From the NCBI GenBank assembly GCA_965215505.1, contig OZ244065.1, positions 800,001 through 864,000 of the forward strand: a stretch of 64,000 bases of DNA, in the 5' to 3' direction. The notes below the pieces were generated by a model. It worked only from the letters and a program-made list of their open reading frames with translations, did not search any database and was not told where the DNA came from. Source of the DNA: Capsulimonadaceae bacterium. GTDB taxonomy: Bacteria > Armatimonadota > Armatimonadia > Armatimonadales > Capsulimonadaceae. Below are positions 1 through 9,076 of this stretch, piece after piece (positions within the stretch are counted from its first letter, which is position 1; each line of letters starts with the position of its first letter). The translations under genes and the position numbers were made by a program.

Positions 1-2000
1 TGCTGACGCAGGCCCGGCTGCTGGTAGATGCTGCCCCAGGCGTCCCCGCCGTCGAACAGAAGCACGCCCTGGAAGTTGTTGTCCTTCTTGCTGAACGGGA
101 GCCGCAGCTCGGCCTGGAAGAGGGCAAGATTGCTGCCCCAGAACCGGTCCGTGTCGTACCCGCGCAGCGAGTCCGCGCCGCCGAGGAAGTACTGCTCGAA
201 GAACGGGATGTTCTTGGCCGTCGCCCCGATCAGCAGGTGCGTCGCCAGGACGCGCTTGGGCTGGTTGAAGTTGCCGACCTTGCGCGGCCCCTCCAGGCTG
301 GAGTACTGACGCAGGTCCAGGCCCAGCTTGCCGAAGTTCTCGCGGCCCGGCGGGAGCGGGCTGACCGCCAGACTGTCCGAGGCGCGGGTGCGGGCGGTCA
401 CGATCTCGTAGGAGAGGGAGCGGAAGCCGCCCGCGGCGGGCGCGTCCGCGTTGTCCCGGTTGCTGAAAATGCCGCGCGCGCCCAGCCCGAAGACGGTGCC
501 GTTCTGACGGATGAACTGGTCCTGAGTCAGCAGGGTGACGTTGTCGGTGCTGACGTCCTCGCCCCGGAACGTGATGCCGCCGGTCAGGAAGTCGCTGATG
601 GAGCGGTTGACGCCCACGACGCCGCCTCGGCGTCGCTCCAGGTAGGTGTTGTCGTTACCGGTGGTGGTGCCCCCACTCTGGAACTGGCCCGAGTTGAACC
701 GGTAGACGGCCTTGTCATAGACGTCCACGTCCAGTGAGGTGTGCTTCTTGTCCAAATACGGTTCGAAGAAGCCGAGTTCCAGGCTGCTCTGGCTGTTGAT
801 ACCGCCGACCTCCCACTGGAGGCTGACGCGCTCGCCCAGACCGCGGAAGTTGTTCTGCGCGAGTTCCGCCCGCCCGACCAGCTTGGAGCGCGAGGAGTAG
901 CCGACGCCAACCGAGACCTGGCCGCTGCGCTTCTCGGCCACGGGAATCACGACGTCAATCTTACCCACGTCCACCGGGTTCAGGTCGGCCGGGCCGACCT
1001 CGTCGAACAGCCCAAGGCCGTAGATGCGGGTCTCCTCGCGCTGGAGTTTGTGCTGGTCCAGCACGTCGCCGACCTTGGAGCGCATCTCGCGGGTGACGAC
1101 CTGCGTCTTGGTCTGCTTGTTACCCTTGACCGTGATCGAGTTGATGTGCGCTTCCACCAGGGGGATGTTGAGGACGCCGGTCAGCGGATCAATGTTGATG
1201 TCGGAGCTGACATCGAAGATGTACCCCTGCTGGGCGACATAGCCGGTCTGGTGGTTGGTCAGGCCGTCCAAGTCCCGCTCCAGGACGTTGGCGTTCAGGA
1301 CCTTGCCCTCCTGCGTGACCATCCGCGCCTTGAGGACGGACGAGGGGATCGTCGGCTCGCCCGTCGGCGTGTTCGCCGTGAATTTGATCGCCTTGACGAC
1401 CGGGTTCTCCCGCACCGTGAAGGTCACGTCCACGCCGCCGGCCGGGTCCGGCTCGGCCCCGACGCCCACGTCGCCGTTGAAATAGCCCATGCCTTTGACC
1501 GCGTCGCGGGCGGCGTCAGCCAGCCCGGCGGTGTAGGAGTTGCCGAGCCGCAGGCCCGCCGAGGAGGCGACGGCGCGGATGGCGTCGCCGTTGATGTTGG
1601 CATTGCCGACGATCGAGATGCGCGAGACGCGGCCCGTGAGCTGCGGTGCCCCCGGCCCGCCGCCGTCGCCCGTCGCCGCGCCGGGCAGGTTGAGCGGGGG
1701 CAGGTTGAAGGCGGGCGGGGCGGCGGGGGGCCCGGCGGGCGTCGGGTTGCCCGGCGGGGGCGCGACCGGCGGCGTGGCGACCGGGGGCGTGACGATGGGC
1801 GGGTTGGTGACGGACGGCAGAGTCGGCGCGGGGGCACCCGCACCGCCCGGCGGCGGGCCGGACGCCCCGCCGGGGGCCGGGGTCACCGCCCCGCCGGGCG
1901 AGGTCGTCCCCGCGTCCTGTGCGGAGGCGGGGGTCTGCGGCGGCAGGCTGAGGAGGGCGATTGAGGCAGACACGACGAGGGCGCAAGCTTTCCGTTTCAC
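1..2000 (-). CDS. bamA: BamA/Omp85-family outer membrane protein assembly factor (3' end runs off the window)
   Basis: Not in the ORF track because it has no stop in the window. Minus-strand translation from GTG at 2000: signal peptide MKRKACALVVSASIALLSL..SAQ, Pro/Gly-rich linker, POTRA-like segments (ISIVGNANIN..GMGYF; ITVKGNKQTKTQVVTREM..GLGLF), barrel start EKRSGQVSVGVGYSS..NNFRGLGE and loop-6 motif YFLGGADSLRGY. Confidence 0.9.
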   Translation of the reverse strand, partial: MKRKACALVVSASIALLSLPPQTPASAQDAGTTSPGGAVTPAPGGASGPPPGGAGAPAPTLPSVTNPPIVTPPVATPPVAPPPGNPTPAGPPAAPPAFNLPPLNLPGAATGDGGGPGAPQLTGRVSRISIVGNANINGDAIRAVASSAGLRLGNSYTAGLADAARDAVKGMGYFNGDVGVGAEPDPAGGVDVTFTVRENPVVKAIKFTANTPTGEPTIPSSVLKARMVTQEGKVLNANVLERDLDGLTNHQTGYVAQQGYIFDVSSDINIDPLTGVLNIPLVEAHINSITVKGNKQTKTQVVTREMRSKVGDVLDQHKLQREETRIYGLGLFDEVGPADLNPVDVGKIDVVIPVAEKRSGQVSVGVGYSSRSKLVGRAELAQNNFRGLGERVSLQWEVGGINSQSSLELGFFEPYLDKKHTSLDVDVYDKAVYRFNSGQFQSGGTTTGNDNTYLERRRGGVVGVNRSISDFLTGGITFRGEDVSTDNVTLLTQDQFIRQNGTVFGLGARGIFSNRDNADAPAAGGFRSLSYEIVTARTRASDSLAVSPLPPGRENFGKLGLDLRQYSSLEGPRKVGNFNQPKRVLATHLLIGATAKNIPFFEQYFLGGADSLRGYDTDRFWGSNLALFQAELRLPFSKKDNNFQGVLLFDGGDAWGSIYQQPGLRQ

Positions 2001-2083
2001 TTGCGCCCGATTTTTATCCCAGAGTACCAAACATTCGCTCCCTTGTGAGTTCCCGCATTCTCAGGCTTCAGGCCCGGCGGCAT

Positions 2084-2794
2084 TCAGGTCTTCAGGTACG
2101 GCTCGACTTTCTGCCGCACCATCGCCCGCGCCCGGTTGATCCGCGTCTTGACCGCTTCCAGGGTCAGGCCGGTGACTTCGACGATCTCGTTGTATGATAA
2201 CCCGTCCACGTCCCGCAGGACGAGGACGCTCTTGTAGGCGGGCTGGAGGCTGTCCACGGCCCGATTGATCTGGGCCTGCAATTCCTTCTGCTCCAGCAGC
2301 GGTGCGGGGGAAGCGCTCCAGTCCGCGATCTCGCGCGTCTGGGCGGCCTCTTCGGCACCCGCCGCGTCCCCGGCCATGCCGGCGTCCAGGGACGGGCCTT
2401 CCATCTCACGCTGGCGGTCCCGCTGCTTGAACCGGTTCTTGCAGTGGTTCTCCGCGATGCGGAAGAGCCAGGTCGTGACCTTGGCGTCGCCTCGGAACTG
2501 GTCCCGCGCCCTGTGGGCGGAAAGGAAAGTCTCCTGGGTCAGGTCCTCCGCCTCCTCGCGGCTCCCGACCCGCTGGTAGATCGAGTTGTAGATCTTTTCG
2601 CCGTAGCGGGCGTAGAGGGCGTTGAAGTCGTGGACCAGCGCCACCTCATCGGGCAGCGCGGCGGCCCCGTCACGCGGCGTCCCGGAATCCCATCCGTTAT
2701 TTGGTTTGTTCCGAGCGCGCGGCACCAGGGCCATTGCGTCATTCCTTTGGACAAAACTGAAAGCGAAAGGTTTCACTTTTTTCTTTTCGGCCAC
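2084..2794 (-). CDS. ECF RNA polymerase sigma-70 factor (RpoE/SigW-like)
   Basis: Region 2 (EAEDLTQETFLSA, TWLFRIAENHCKN) and region 4 (LVLRDVDGLSYNEI..VKTRINRAR); exact start uncertain. Confidence 0.9.
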   Translation of the reverse strand: MAEKKKVKPFAFSFVQRNDAMALVPRARNKPNNGWDSGTPRDGAAALPDEVALVHDFNALYARYGEKIYNSIYQRVGSREEAEDLTQETFLSAHRARDQFRGDAKVTTWLFRIAENHCKNRFKQRDRQREMEGPSLDAGMAGDAAGAEEAAQTREIADWSASPAPLLEQKELQAQINRAVDSLQPAYKSVLVLRDVDGLSYNEIVEVTGLTLEAVKTRINRARAMVRQKVEPYLKT

Positions 2795-2812
2795 GAAGCG
2801 GCAGGGGACTGG

Positions 2813-5800
2813 CTAGAATTTCAGCACGCCTTCCAGCGTTACCGTGTTGTTCTTCTGGTCGTCGGTCGAGACGCCGATGCGGTAGCGGCTGGTGATGTCG
2901 TACCCCAGTTTCAGGGTGTACTGCGGCGGCAGCAGAGTCTGGTCGGTCACGCCGCGCGCCCCGAAGGAACGCGAGAAGGTGACGTCCACTTTGGGTCCGA
3001 TCTGCTTGGTCACGGTCACGAAGACCGGCTGGTTCGGGTCGTAAGTAACGTTGACGTCTTCCAGCCCCAGCGCGCCCGCCAGCGACTCGGTCAGCGGCGT
3101 CAGCAGGGTCGGGATGGCAACGTTCGCGAGGGCGGTCTTGAACTGGTCCTCCAGGACGGTCTGGCCGCCTGACCCGCCCCCGGCCGCCGCCACCAGGGCA
3201 CCGGCGGGGATCAGGGCGGCCACCATCTGCGCCTTGGTCAGCCCGGCGGGGGACGAGTAGAAGTCGTCGTGCAGCTTGGCCGGGTCGGTCGAGCCGAGCA
3301 GGCCGTAGATGTGTACGGTGATGGTGTAGCGCTGCCGGTCGCTGCTGAGGGGGTTGGTGCCGCCGAACGCGGTGTTCCCCTGCGGGGCGGTCTCGCCGAT
3401 GCCGCTCCCCGCCACCGTCCGGTACTGCGCCAGCGTGGCCTGGGTGGGCGAGACCGTCGTCTGCGCCCAGATGTTGACATTGGTCTGGAGGCCCGGCACG
3501 CCGTTCTCATCCTGCCGGGGGTACTCCACGCGGACGACGTTGTTCCCGTTCCCGTTGAGGCTGATCGCCTCGGTGTCGCGGGGCTTGACGATTTTCAGCA
3601 GCGTCGAGGGCGGCAGGATGAACTGGCCGCGCTCCACCTGCAAGGTCCCGGCGAAGCGCGGGGCGAGCAGGCTGCCCTGGAGCCTCACCTGGCCCCCCGC
3701 CTCCGCTTGCAGCAGCCCGCCCTGAACGCGCACGGTCTTGGTGCGCCCGCCGCCGAGCTGCAAGACCACGTCGAACGTCGGATCGAATGGGGAGGGCGCT
3801 TTCGCGGCGTCCGCGCCGCCCGTGGGCGAGGGGAGCGTCGCGGTCGCGTTGCTGATCACGATGGGCGCGTCAGGGGGCGTGGCGATGACCGGCGTCTCGA
3901 ACGGACCCGTGACCGTCAGGACGCCGTTGATGGTCGCCTTCAGGGCGCTCTGGAAACTCTTCGCCAGCAGGTTCTGCTTGCTGTTCTCGTCCACGCCGAG
4001 GTCTTTGGTCGTCAGCCGCAGGCTGAGACTCTGGCTGCCGAGGAGGCCCGCGCCACCCGTCAGCGTGAAGCCGCCGCCTTTGCTGGACCGACCGGTGAAC
4101 GTCTGGACGGTCGCCTTGTTATCCGCAAGAACAACGATCGCGTTGATTTTGTTCACCGAAGTGTCGAAGCCGGCCAGCCCGAAGGACGCATCGGAGAGGG
4201 TCGCCAGGCCCGACAACTGCCCGCCGCCGAAGTTCGCGGTGACCGACAGGCGTCCGCCCGTCTTCTTCGGGTCCACGACGCCGGGGCTGAACCCGGCCAG
4301 CGCGGAGAGGTCTTGGACGTTCAGGACGGCCCGCAGGTCCTGGTCGGGCAGGCGGGCGGCCTCGCGATTCGCCGCGCCCAGGCTTGTGGCCGTGATCAGA
4401 GGCAGGCTGCCGGAGAGCGTCGCGACGAGGCGGCCGTTCTTGAACGCGGACAGCTCGCTCACGGTCAGGATTTTGGGAGCGTCCGGCGTGGCCGAGGCCA
4501 GCGTGATCGCGCCGCTGCGGATGCTGTCCAGGGCATAGGCGGGCGTGTCCGCGCTGACGACCTCACTGGCCGCCGGTTTGGCAGGCTTCTTGGCACCCTT
4601 CTTCCCGGCCTGTATGGCGATGACGGCCGGTTTCGGGGCGGCGCCTTCGGGATTGGAAAGACTGACCGAGGCAACCAGGTTGGGCGAGCGGGTCGGGCCG
4701 GACGCGTCAACGGACAGGGCGCTGACCTCGCGCGGCAGGGCGCGCAGGAACGGGACGGCAGGCGGGAAGGCGGTCCCGAGGAGCGCCAGCGGGATGTTGG
4801 AGGCGTCCAGAGTGGCGGCGATGTCGCCGTCTAGATTCGCCGTGCCGGAGACGTTCAGGAAGGCGCGCTCGTTGGTCGCGCGGAGCTGATGCACGGTGAC
4901 GGTCCGGTCGCGGTACTCCACGTCCGCCGAGGCCGCCCCGACCGGGACATTGGCCGCCAGCAGGTCGGTGGCGGCGGCCTTGACCGACCCGGAGGGCCGC
5001 GCGCCCGCCGTGTAGGCGAGGGTAGCCGTCAGGCCGGCCAGCTTTGTGTCGCCCAGCGTCAGGGCCTTGGCGCTCAGGTCCGCCCGCGCCGTCAGGGCGG
5101 AAAGCGGCCCGTCCAAAGTCAGGCGCGGCAGGGCGAACATCCCCGAGATGGGCTGCGGCAGGTCCGAGACCCGCGCCAGGAGGCTCTTCCCGGCGGCAGT
5201 CTGGGCGAACCGGCTGGCCCGCAGAGTCGCGAAAACGTGCGAGAGCCGTTCCGGGGCGCTTAAGGGGATGGCTCCCGCCAGGGCGAGCGCCCCGACTCGG
5301 TGCGGGTGGGCTGGCGTCGGGAGTGTCAGGCGCAGGGAATTGACGTCGTACTCCACCGGCCCGCCGGCCTCGCCGACGTAGTCGGTCGGGGGCGAAACGA
5401 TGAACCGCCACGGGCCGCCGGTCTGCGTCAGGACGCCGTCGTCGTAGCGGCCCGCCAGCGCAAGCGGCGCGAAGGTCTGGCCGTCCACGACGAGGTCAGG
5501 CAGGGTGAGCGAGGTCAGGGCCACATGGGGGGCTTGCGCGGTCCCGCTGAAATGGCCGGCGAAGCCCAGCGTGCCGTCCACGTCCGCCGAGGGCAGCAGC
5601 AGCGAGTCGAACCGGGCGAGGTCCAGGCCCGAAGCCGCGAAGTCCGCGCGCAGCAGCCCCGAGGCCGTCCGCTCCCCGCTGGCCCGCAGTGTCGCCCCCT
5701 CCGACCGGACGAGGCCGTTCTGGACGCGCAGGACGCCCAGGGCGTAGCGGACGTCGGCGGCGACGAGGTCCAGGCGGTAGTTCCCGACCGTGGCGTCCGA

Positions 5801-8029
5801 GACGTCCGCGTGGCCCGAGACGACCGGCGTCTTCAGCCGCCCCGTGACGCGGAAGTCGCCCGCCGCCGTCCCCGACAGGTTTGGCAGGCTGGCCGTCAGG
5901 GTCCGCGCGGTCTTCGGGGAGGGGGCGGAGGCGGACTCGGCGAGGCGCAGGAAGTCGGCCACGTCGCCTTTGGAGACATGGACGTTCAGGGCCAGCAGCG
6001 GGTCCGCCCCCGCGAGCGGCGTCACCGCGCCGTCAAGTCTGGCCTCGGTGGGGAAGCGCCGCAGAGTCACGTCCCGCAGCCGGACGCCGGCAAGCCCCGC
6101 CGAGATGTTCCCGGTGACGAGGTCGGCCGAGTAGCGCCCGAAGCGCGGCTCGATCAGCCGCGCCGCTCCGACCGCCTGGGGCGCGCTGGCCGGGCCGATC
6201 ACTTTGCCGTCGAAGGCCGCCCGCCCGCCAAGTGCGAGGTTGGAATACGGCCGGAGAAGGGCGGCGACGTCAAGCCCCGCCGTCCGCACGGTCAGGTCCC
6301 AGCGCCCCGTGCCGACCGGGACCGTCCCGCTGACGGCCGCCGTGCCGCTGGCGTCCCGTGCGACCATCCGGGTGAGCGTGATCGCCCCGCCCTGCGTCCA
6401 GGCGACGCGGCCCGTGAGCGAATGCAGCATCGTCCGGCGCAGGCGCAGGTTCGCGGCGCTGACGTTCGCGACGACGGAGAGGGGCCGCCCCTGGTTGTCG
6501 GCGAGGAACTGCACGTCCGCCACGCCGCCGAGGTTCAGGTTCTTCGCCTTGACGGCGGGGGGCAGGCGCAGGGCGGCGAGGTCCACGCCTTTCACCATGC
6601 CCGCCAGCAGCAGGACGGGTTTTGCACCGGACAGGTCTACTGTCCCGCGCAGGGCGGCCTGCCCCGTGCCGTTCAGCCGGAAGGTCACGGAGGGGACGGA
6701 GAGGACTCGATTGGCATAGGTGGCCTGCACCGCCAGGTTCGTCGCCTGGTTGCCGGCATACACGACGGCGGGGAGGGCGGCGCTGACGGTGATGGTGGGG
6801 CTGCCCGGCGTCCCGGTGAAACCGACACGCACGGGACCCGGCGCGACCGTGAATCCGGGCGGCAATTTCAGGACCGGCACGGCGGCGGCCAGCCGGACCG
6901 GGTCCAGCCGGGGCGACGAGGCCGAGACGGCGACCTGCGGGTGCTGGAAGTCGAAGACGGTGCCGGACACCGCCAGTGTCTGCCCCGCCAGGGCGGCGCG
7001 GGCGTCGAGGGAGAGGCCCGCGCCGGTGAAAGACGTCGTCCCGTTCAGGTCTTCCAGCGGCAGCGCGAGGATCTTCTTGTTTGAGGCCAGGATGGTGACG
7101 TGGCGCACGGCTAGGGTGCCGGAAAGGTCCAGCAGGCGGCCCGGCGCGGGCGTGGCCCCCTCGTTCGCCAGCGTGACGTCGGCGTCCGCCCGGCCCCGGA
7201 CGATCCGCGCCTGCGGGAAGGCTTTGAAGTAGTCAGTCCAGTACGCCGCGTCGGCGTTCGTCGCGACGACGTGCCCTCGGTAGCGTCCCGCCACCAGCCG
7301 CGACACGTCGCCGTTAACCAGCAGAGAATTGAAGCGGTTTTCCGATGCCGTCCCGCGCCCGCGCACGTCGAAGTAGACGTTGCGCGTGGAGAAAAAGTCC
7401 GCCGTGCCCTCGACGGCGGTCAGCGTGTTCAGGGCGGGCCGCTTGCCCCGGTCGGGGGCGTCGAAGTCGCGGAACCGCAGCAGCCCATCGTGTACGAGGA
7501 TGCGGCCGACGAACGGCATGCTCGTCGTCTTGGTCTTGGGCTTAATGAGGTCGCTGAAGTTGTACCGGGTGGAGGAGAGGCGCTCGACGAGAACGGTGGG
7601 GTGGTCCACCGTGATGTCGCCGATGGCGTGGGCGGCGTTGCCGCTGTCAAAGAGGAGGGAGTGCAGGTTGTAGTCAACGGTCAGCCGCCTGGCCGTCAGC
7701 GTCGCCTCGCCGCCGCCTTGGGCGAAGGTGGCCTTGTTCGCGATGGCGATGTCGGTGAGGACGAGGACGCCGCGTTTGCCGAAGTCCGCCCCGCCGATAT
7801 GCACCTCATGGCCGGTCTGCCGGGTCAGTTCGGCCTCGGCGATGGGGACGAGGTGCGCGCGCAGCAGGTGATAGACCGAGGCGAAGTAGACGCCCGCCGA
7901 GACGGTCAAGCCGACCACCGGCAGCACTGCCAGCCCGCGCAGCGTCCACCGGGCGGCGGCGGGCAGTCGGGGACCGGGGCGGCTTCTCTGTCGCCGCCCT
8001 TTAGGCTCTCGCTGACGTGGTTGACTCAT
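2813..8029 (-). CDS. tamB: TamB/AsmA-like (DUF490) translocation and assembly module protein
   Basis: 1738 aa, single N-terminal TM anchor, long beta-strand-rich repeats, C-terminal DUF490-like end with terminal Phe, upstream of an Omp85 gene. Confidence 0.8.
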   Translation of the reverse strand: MSQPRQREPKGRRQRSRPGPRLPAAARWTLRGLAVLPVVGLTVSAGVYFASVYHLLRAHLVPIAEAELTRQTGHEVHIGGADFGKRGVLVLTDIAIANKATFAQGGGEATLTARRLTVDYNLHSLLFDSGNAAHAIGDITVDHPTVLVERLSSTRYNFSDLIKPKTKTTSMPFVGRILVHDGLLRFRDFDAPDRGKRPALNTLTAVEGTADFFSTRNVYFDVRGRGTASENRFNSLLVNGDVSRLVAGRYRGHVVATNADAAYWTDYFKAFPQARIVRGRADADVTLANEGATPAPGRLLDLSGTLAVRHVTILASNKKILALPLEDLNGTTSFTGAGLSLDARAALAGQTLAVSGTVFDFQHPQVAVSASSPRLDPVRLAAAVPVLKLPPGFTVAPGPVRVGFTGTPGSPTITVSAALPAVVYAGNQATNLAVQATYANRVLSVPSVTFRLNGTGQAALRGTVDLSGAKPVLLLAGMVKGVDLAALRLPPAVKAKNLNLGGVADVQFLADNQGRPLSVVANVSAANLRLRRTMLHSLTGRVAWTQGGAITLTRMVARDASGTAAVSGTVPVGTGRWDLTVRTAGLDVAALLRPYSNLALGGRAAFDGKVIGPASAPQAVGAARLIEPRFGRYSADLVTGNISAGLAGVRLRDVTLRRFPTEARLDGAVTPLAGADPLLALNVHVSKGDVADFLRLAESASAPSPKTARTLTASLPNLSGTAAGDFRVTGRLKTPVVSGHADVSDATVGNYRLDLVAADVRYALGVLRVQNGLVRSEGATLRASGERTASGLLRADFAASGLDLARFDSLLLPSADVDGTLGFAGHFSGTAQAPHVALTSLTLPDLVVDGQTFAPLALAGRYDDGVLTQTGGPWRFIVSPPTDYVGEAGGPVEYDVNSLRLTLPTPAHPHRVGALALAGAIPLSAPERLSHVFATLRASRFAQTAAGKSLLARVSDLPQPISGMFALPRLTLDGPLSALTARADLSAKALTLGDTKLAGLTATLAYTAGARPSGSVKAAATDLLAANVPVGAASADVEYRDRTVTVHQLRATNERAFLNVSGTANLDGDIAATLDASNIPLALLGTAFPPAVPFLRALPREVSALSVDASGPTRSPNLVASVSLSNPEGAAPKPAVIAIQAGKKGAKKPAKPAASEVVSADTPAYALDSIRSGAITLASATPDAPKILTVSELSAFKNGRLVATLSGSLPLITATSLGAANREAARLPDQDLRAVLNVQDLSALAGFSPGVVDPKKTGGRLSVTANFGGGQLSGLATLSDASFGLAGFDTSVNKINAIVVLADNKATVQTFTGRSSKGGGFTLTGGAGLLGSQSLSLRLTTKDLGVDENSKQNLLAKSFQSALKATINGVLTVTGPFETPVIATPPDAPIVISNATATLPSPTGGADAAKAPSPFDPTFDVVLQLGGGRTKTVRVQGGLLQAEAGGQVRLQGSLLAPRFAGTLQVERGQFILPPSTLLKIVKPRDTEAISLNGNGNNVVRVEYPRQDENGVPGLQTNVNIWAQTTVSPTQATLAQYRTVAGSGIGETAPQGNTAFGGTNPLSSDRQRYTITVHIYGLLGSTDPAKLHDDFYSSPAGLTKAQMVAALIPAGALVAAAGGGSGGQTVLEDQFKTALANVAIPTLLTPLTESLAGALGLEDVNVTYDPNQPVFVTVTKQIGPKVDVTFSRSFGARGVTDQTLLPPQYTLKLGYDITSRYRIGVSTDDQKNNTVTLEGVLKF

Positions 8030-8039
8030 GCAGTTTGGA

Positions 8040-8060
8040 GGGCGGACACGAGGTTCGCCC
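8040..8060. repeat. Degenerate REP-like palindrome (same family as 40351-40412 and 41291-41315)
   Basis: GGGCGGACACGAGGTTCGCCC differs by 2 nt from GGGCGAACACAAGGTTCGCCC; lies in the lipA-tamB gap. Confidence 0.6.
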
Positions 8061-8067
8061 TCCCAGT

Positions 8068-9024
8068 TCAGGCGGCCTTCTCCGCCCGCATCGCCAGGAA
8101 CTTGTCACTGAACTCCTTGGCGTTGTACGAGGACCGGATGAACGGGCCGGAGGCGACGAACAGGAAGCCCATCGCCTCGCCGATCTCCTTGTATTCGGCG
8201 AAGATGTCCGGGTGGACATACTCCACCACGTCCAAATAGTTCTTGCCCGGCTTCAAGTACTGGCCGATCGTGACGGCGTCCACGTCATGCGCCTTCAGGT
8301 CTTCCATAAGGGCGACGACCTCCGCCTTCGTCTCGCCAAGGCCGACCATCAGGCCGCTCTTGGTGTAGATGCTCGGGTCGGCGGCCTTGACGTACCGCAA
8401 GAGCTGGAGGGAGCGGGCGTAGCGGGCCTGCGGGCGCACCTGCCGGTAGAGGCGCGGGACCGTCTCGATGTTGTGGTTGAAGACGTGCGGCTTCGCATCA
8501 ACGACGGTCTGGATGTTCGCTTTGTTCCCCAGAAAGTCGGGCGTCAGCACCTCGATGATCGTCTCGGGCAGCAGGCGGCGGAGCCACTGGATCGTCTCGG
8601 CGAAGTGGCGGGAGCCGCCGTCGGGCAGCTCGTCGCGGTTGACGCTGGTGACGACGGTGTGTTTCAGGCCCAGGATCGCTGCGCTCTCGGCGACGCGGCG
8701 CGGCTCGTCGGCGTCCAGCGCCCCACCCTTCCCGGTCTTGACCGCGCAGAAGCGGCAGGCGCGGGTGCAGGTGTCGCCCAGGATCATGAAGGTGGCAGTC
8801 TTCTTGGACCAGCACTCGCCGAGGTTCGGGCAGCGGGCCTCCTCGCAGACGGTCACCAGGCCGGACCGGCGCATCAGCCCTTCGACCTCCTCGATCCCCT
8901 GCCGCTTGGGCAGCTTGATCGTCAGCCACTCCGGGATGCGGCGGTTGAGGACCGGGCCGACCGTGCGCGCGGGCGGGGACGGGAGGCGGGAGGGGAGGAC
9001 ATCGAGTTGGATCAGTTCAGCCAT
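8068..9024 (-). CDS. lipA: Lipoyl synthase
   Basis: CEEARCPNLGEC (Cx4Cx5C), radical SAM CTRACRFC, C-terminal RSSY motif. Confidence 0.97.
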   Translation of the reverse strand: MAELIQLDVLPSRLPSPPARTVGPVLNRRIPEWLTIKLPKRQGIEEVEGLMRRSGLVTVCEEARCPNLGECWSKKTATFMILGDTCTRACRFCAVKTGKGGALDADEPRRVAESAAILGLKHTVVTSVNRDELPDGGSRHFAETIQWLRRLLPETIIEVLTPDFLGNKANIQTVVDAKPHVFNHNIETVPRLYRQVRPQARYARSLQLLRYVKAADPSIYTKSGLMVGLGETKAEVVALMEDLKAHDVDAVTIGQYLKPGKNYLDVVEYVHPDIFAEYKEIGEAMGFLFVASGPFIRSSYNAKEFSDKFLAMRAEKAA

Positions 9025-9046
9025 GGATTTGCACTTTCTGGCATTG

Positions 9047-9076
9047 ATTATAGCGTTTTCGGGGGCGCAAAGTCAA
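9047..9076 (-). promoter_or_regulatory. sigma70-type promoter for lipA
   Basis: TTGACT-N18-TATAAT on the minus strand; the -35 box contains the TGA stop of the upstream NTPase gene. Confidence 0.7.

Noticed and set aside
741-1964. 407-aa plus-strand ORF (and 237-737)
   Set aside because: Antisense shadow of bamA; long shadow ORFs are expected at this GC content
3269-7084. 521-aa and 594-aa plus-strand ORFs
   Set aside because: Antisense to tamB, Arg/Gly-rich, no motifs
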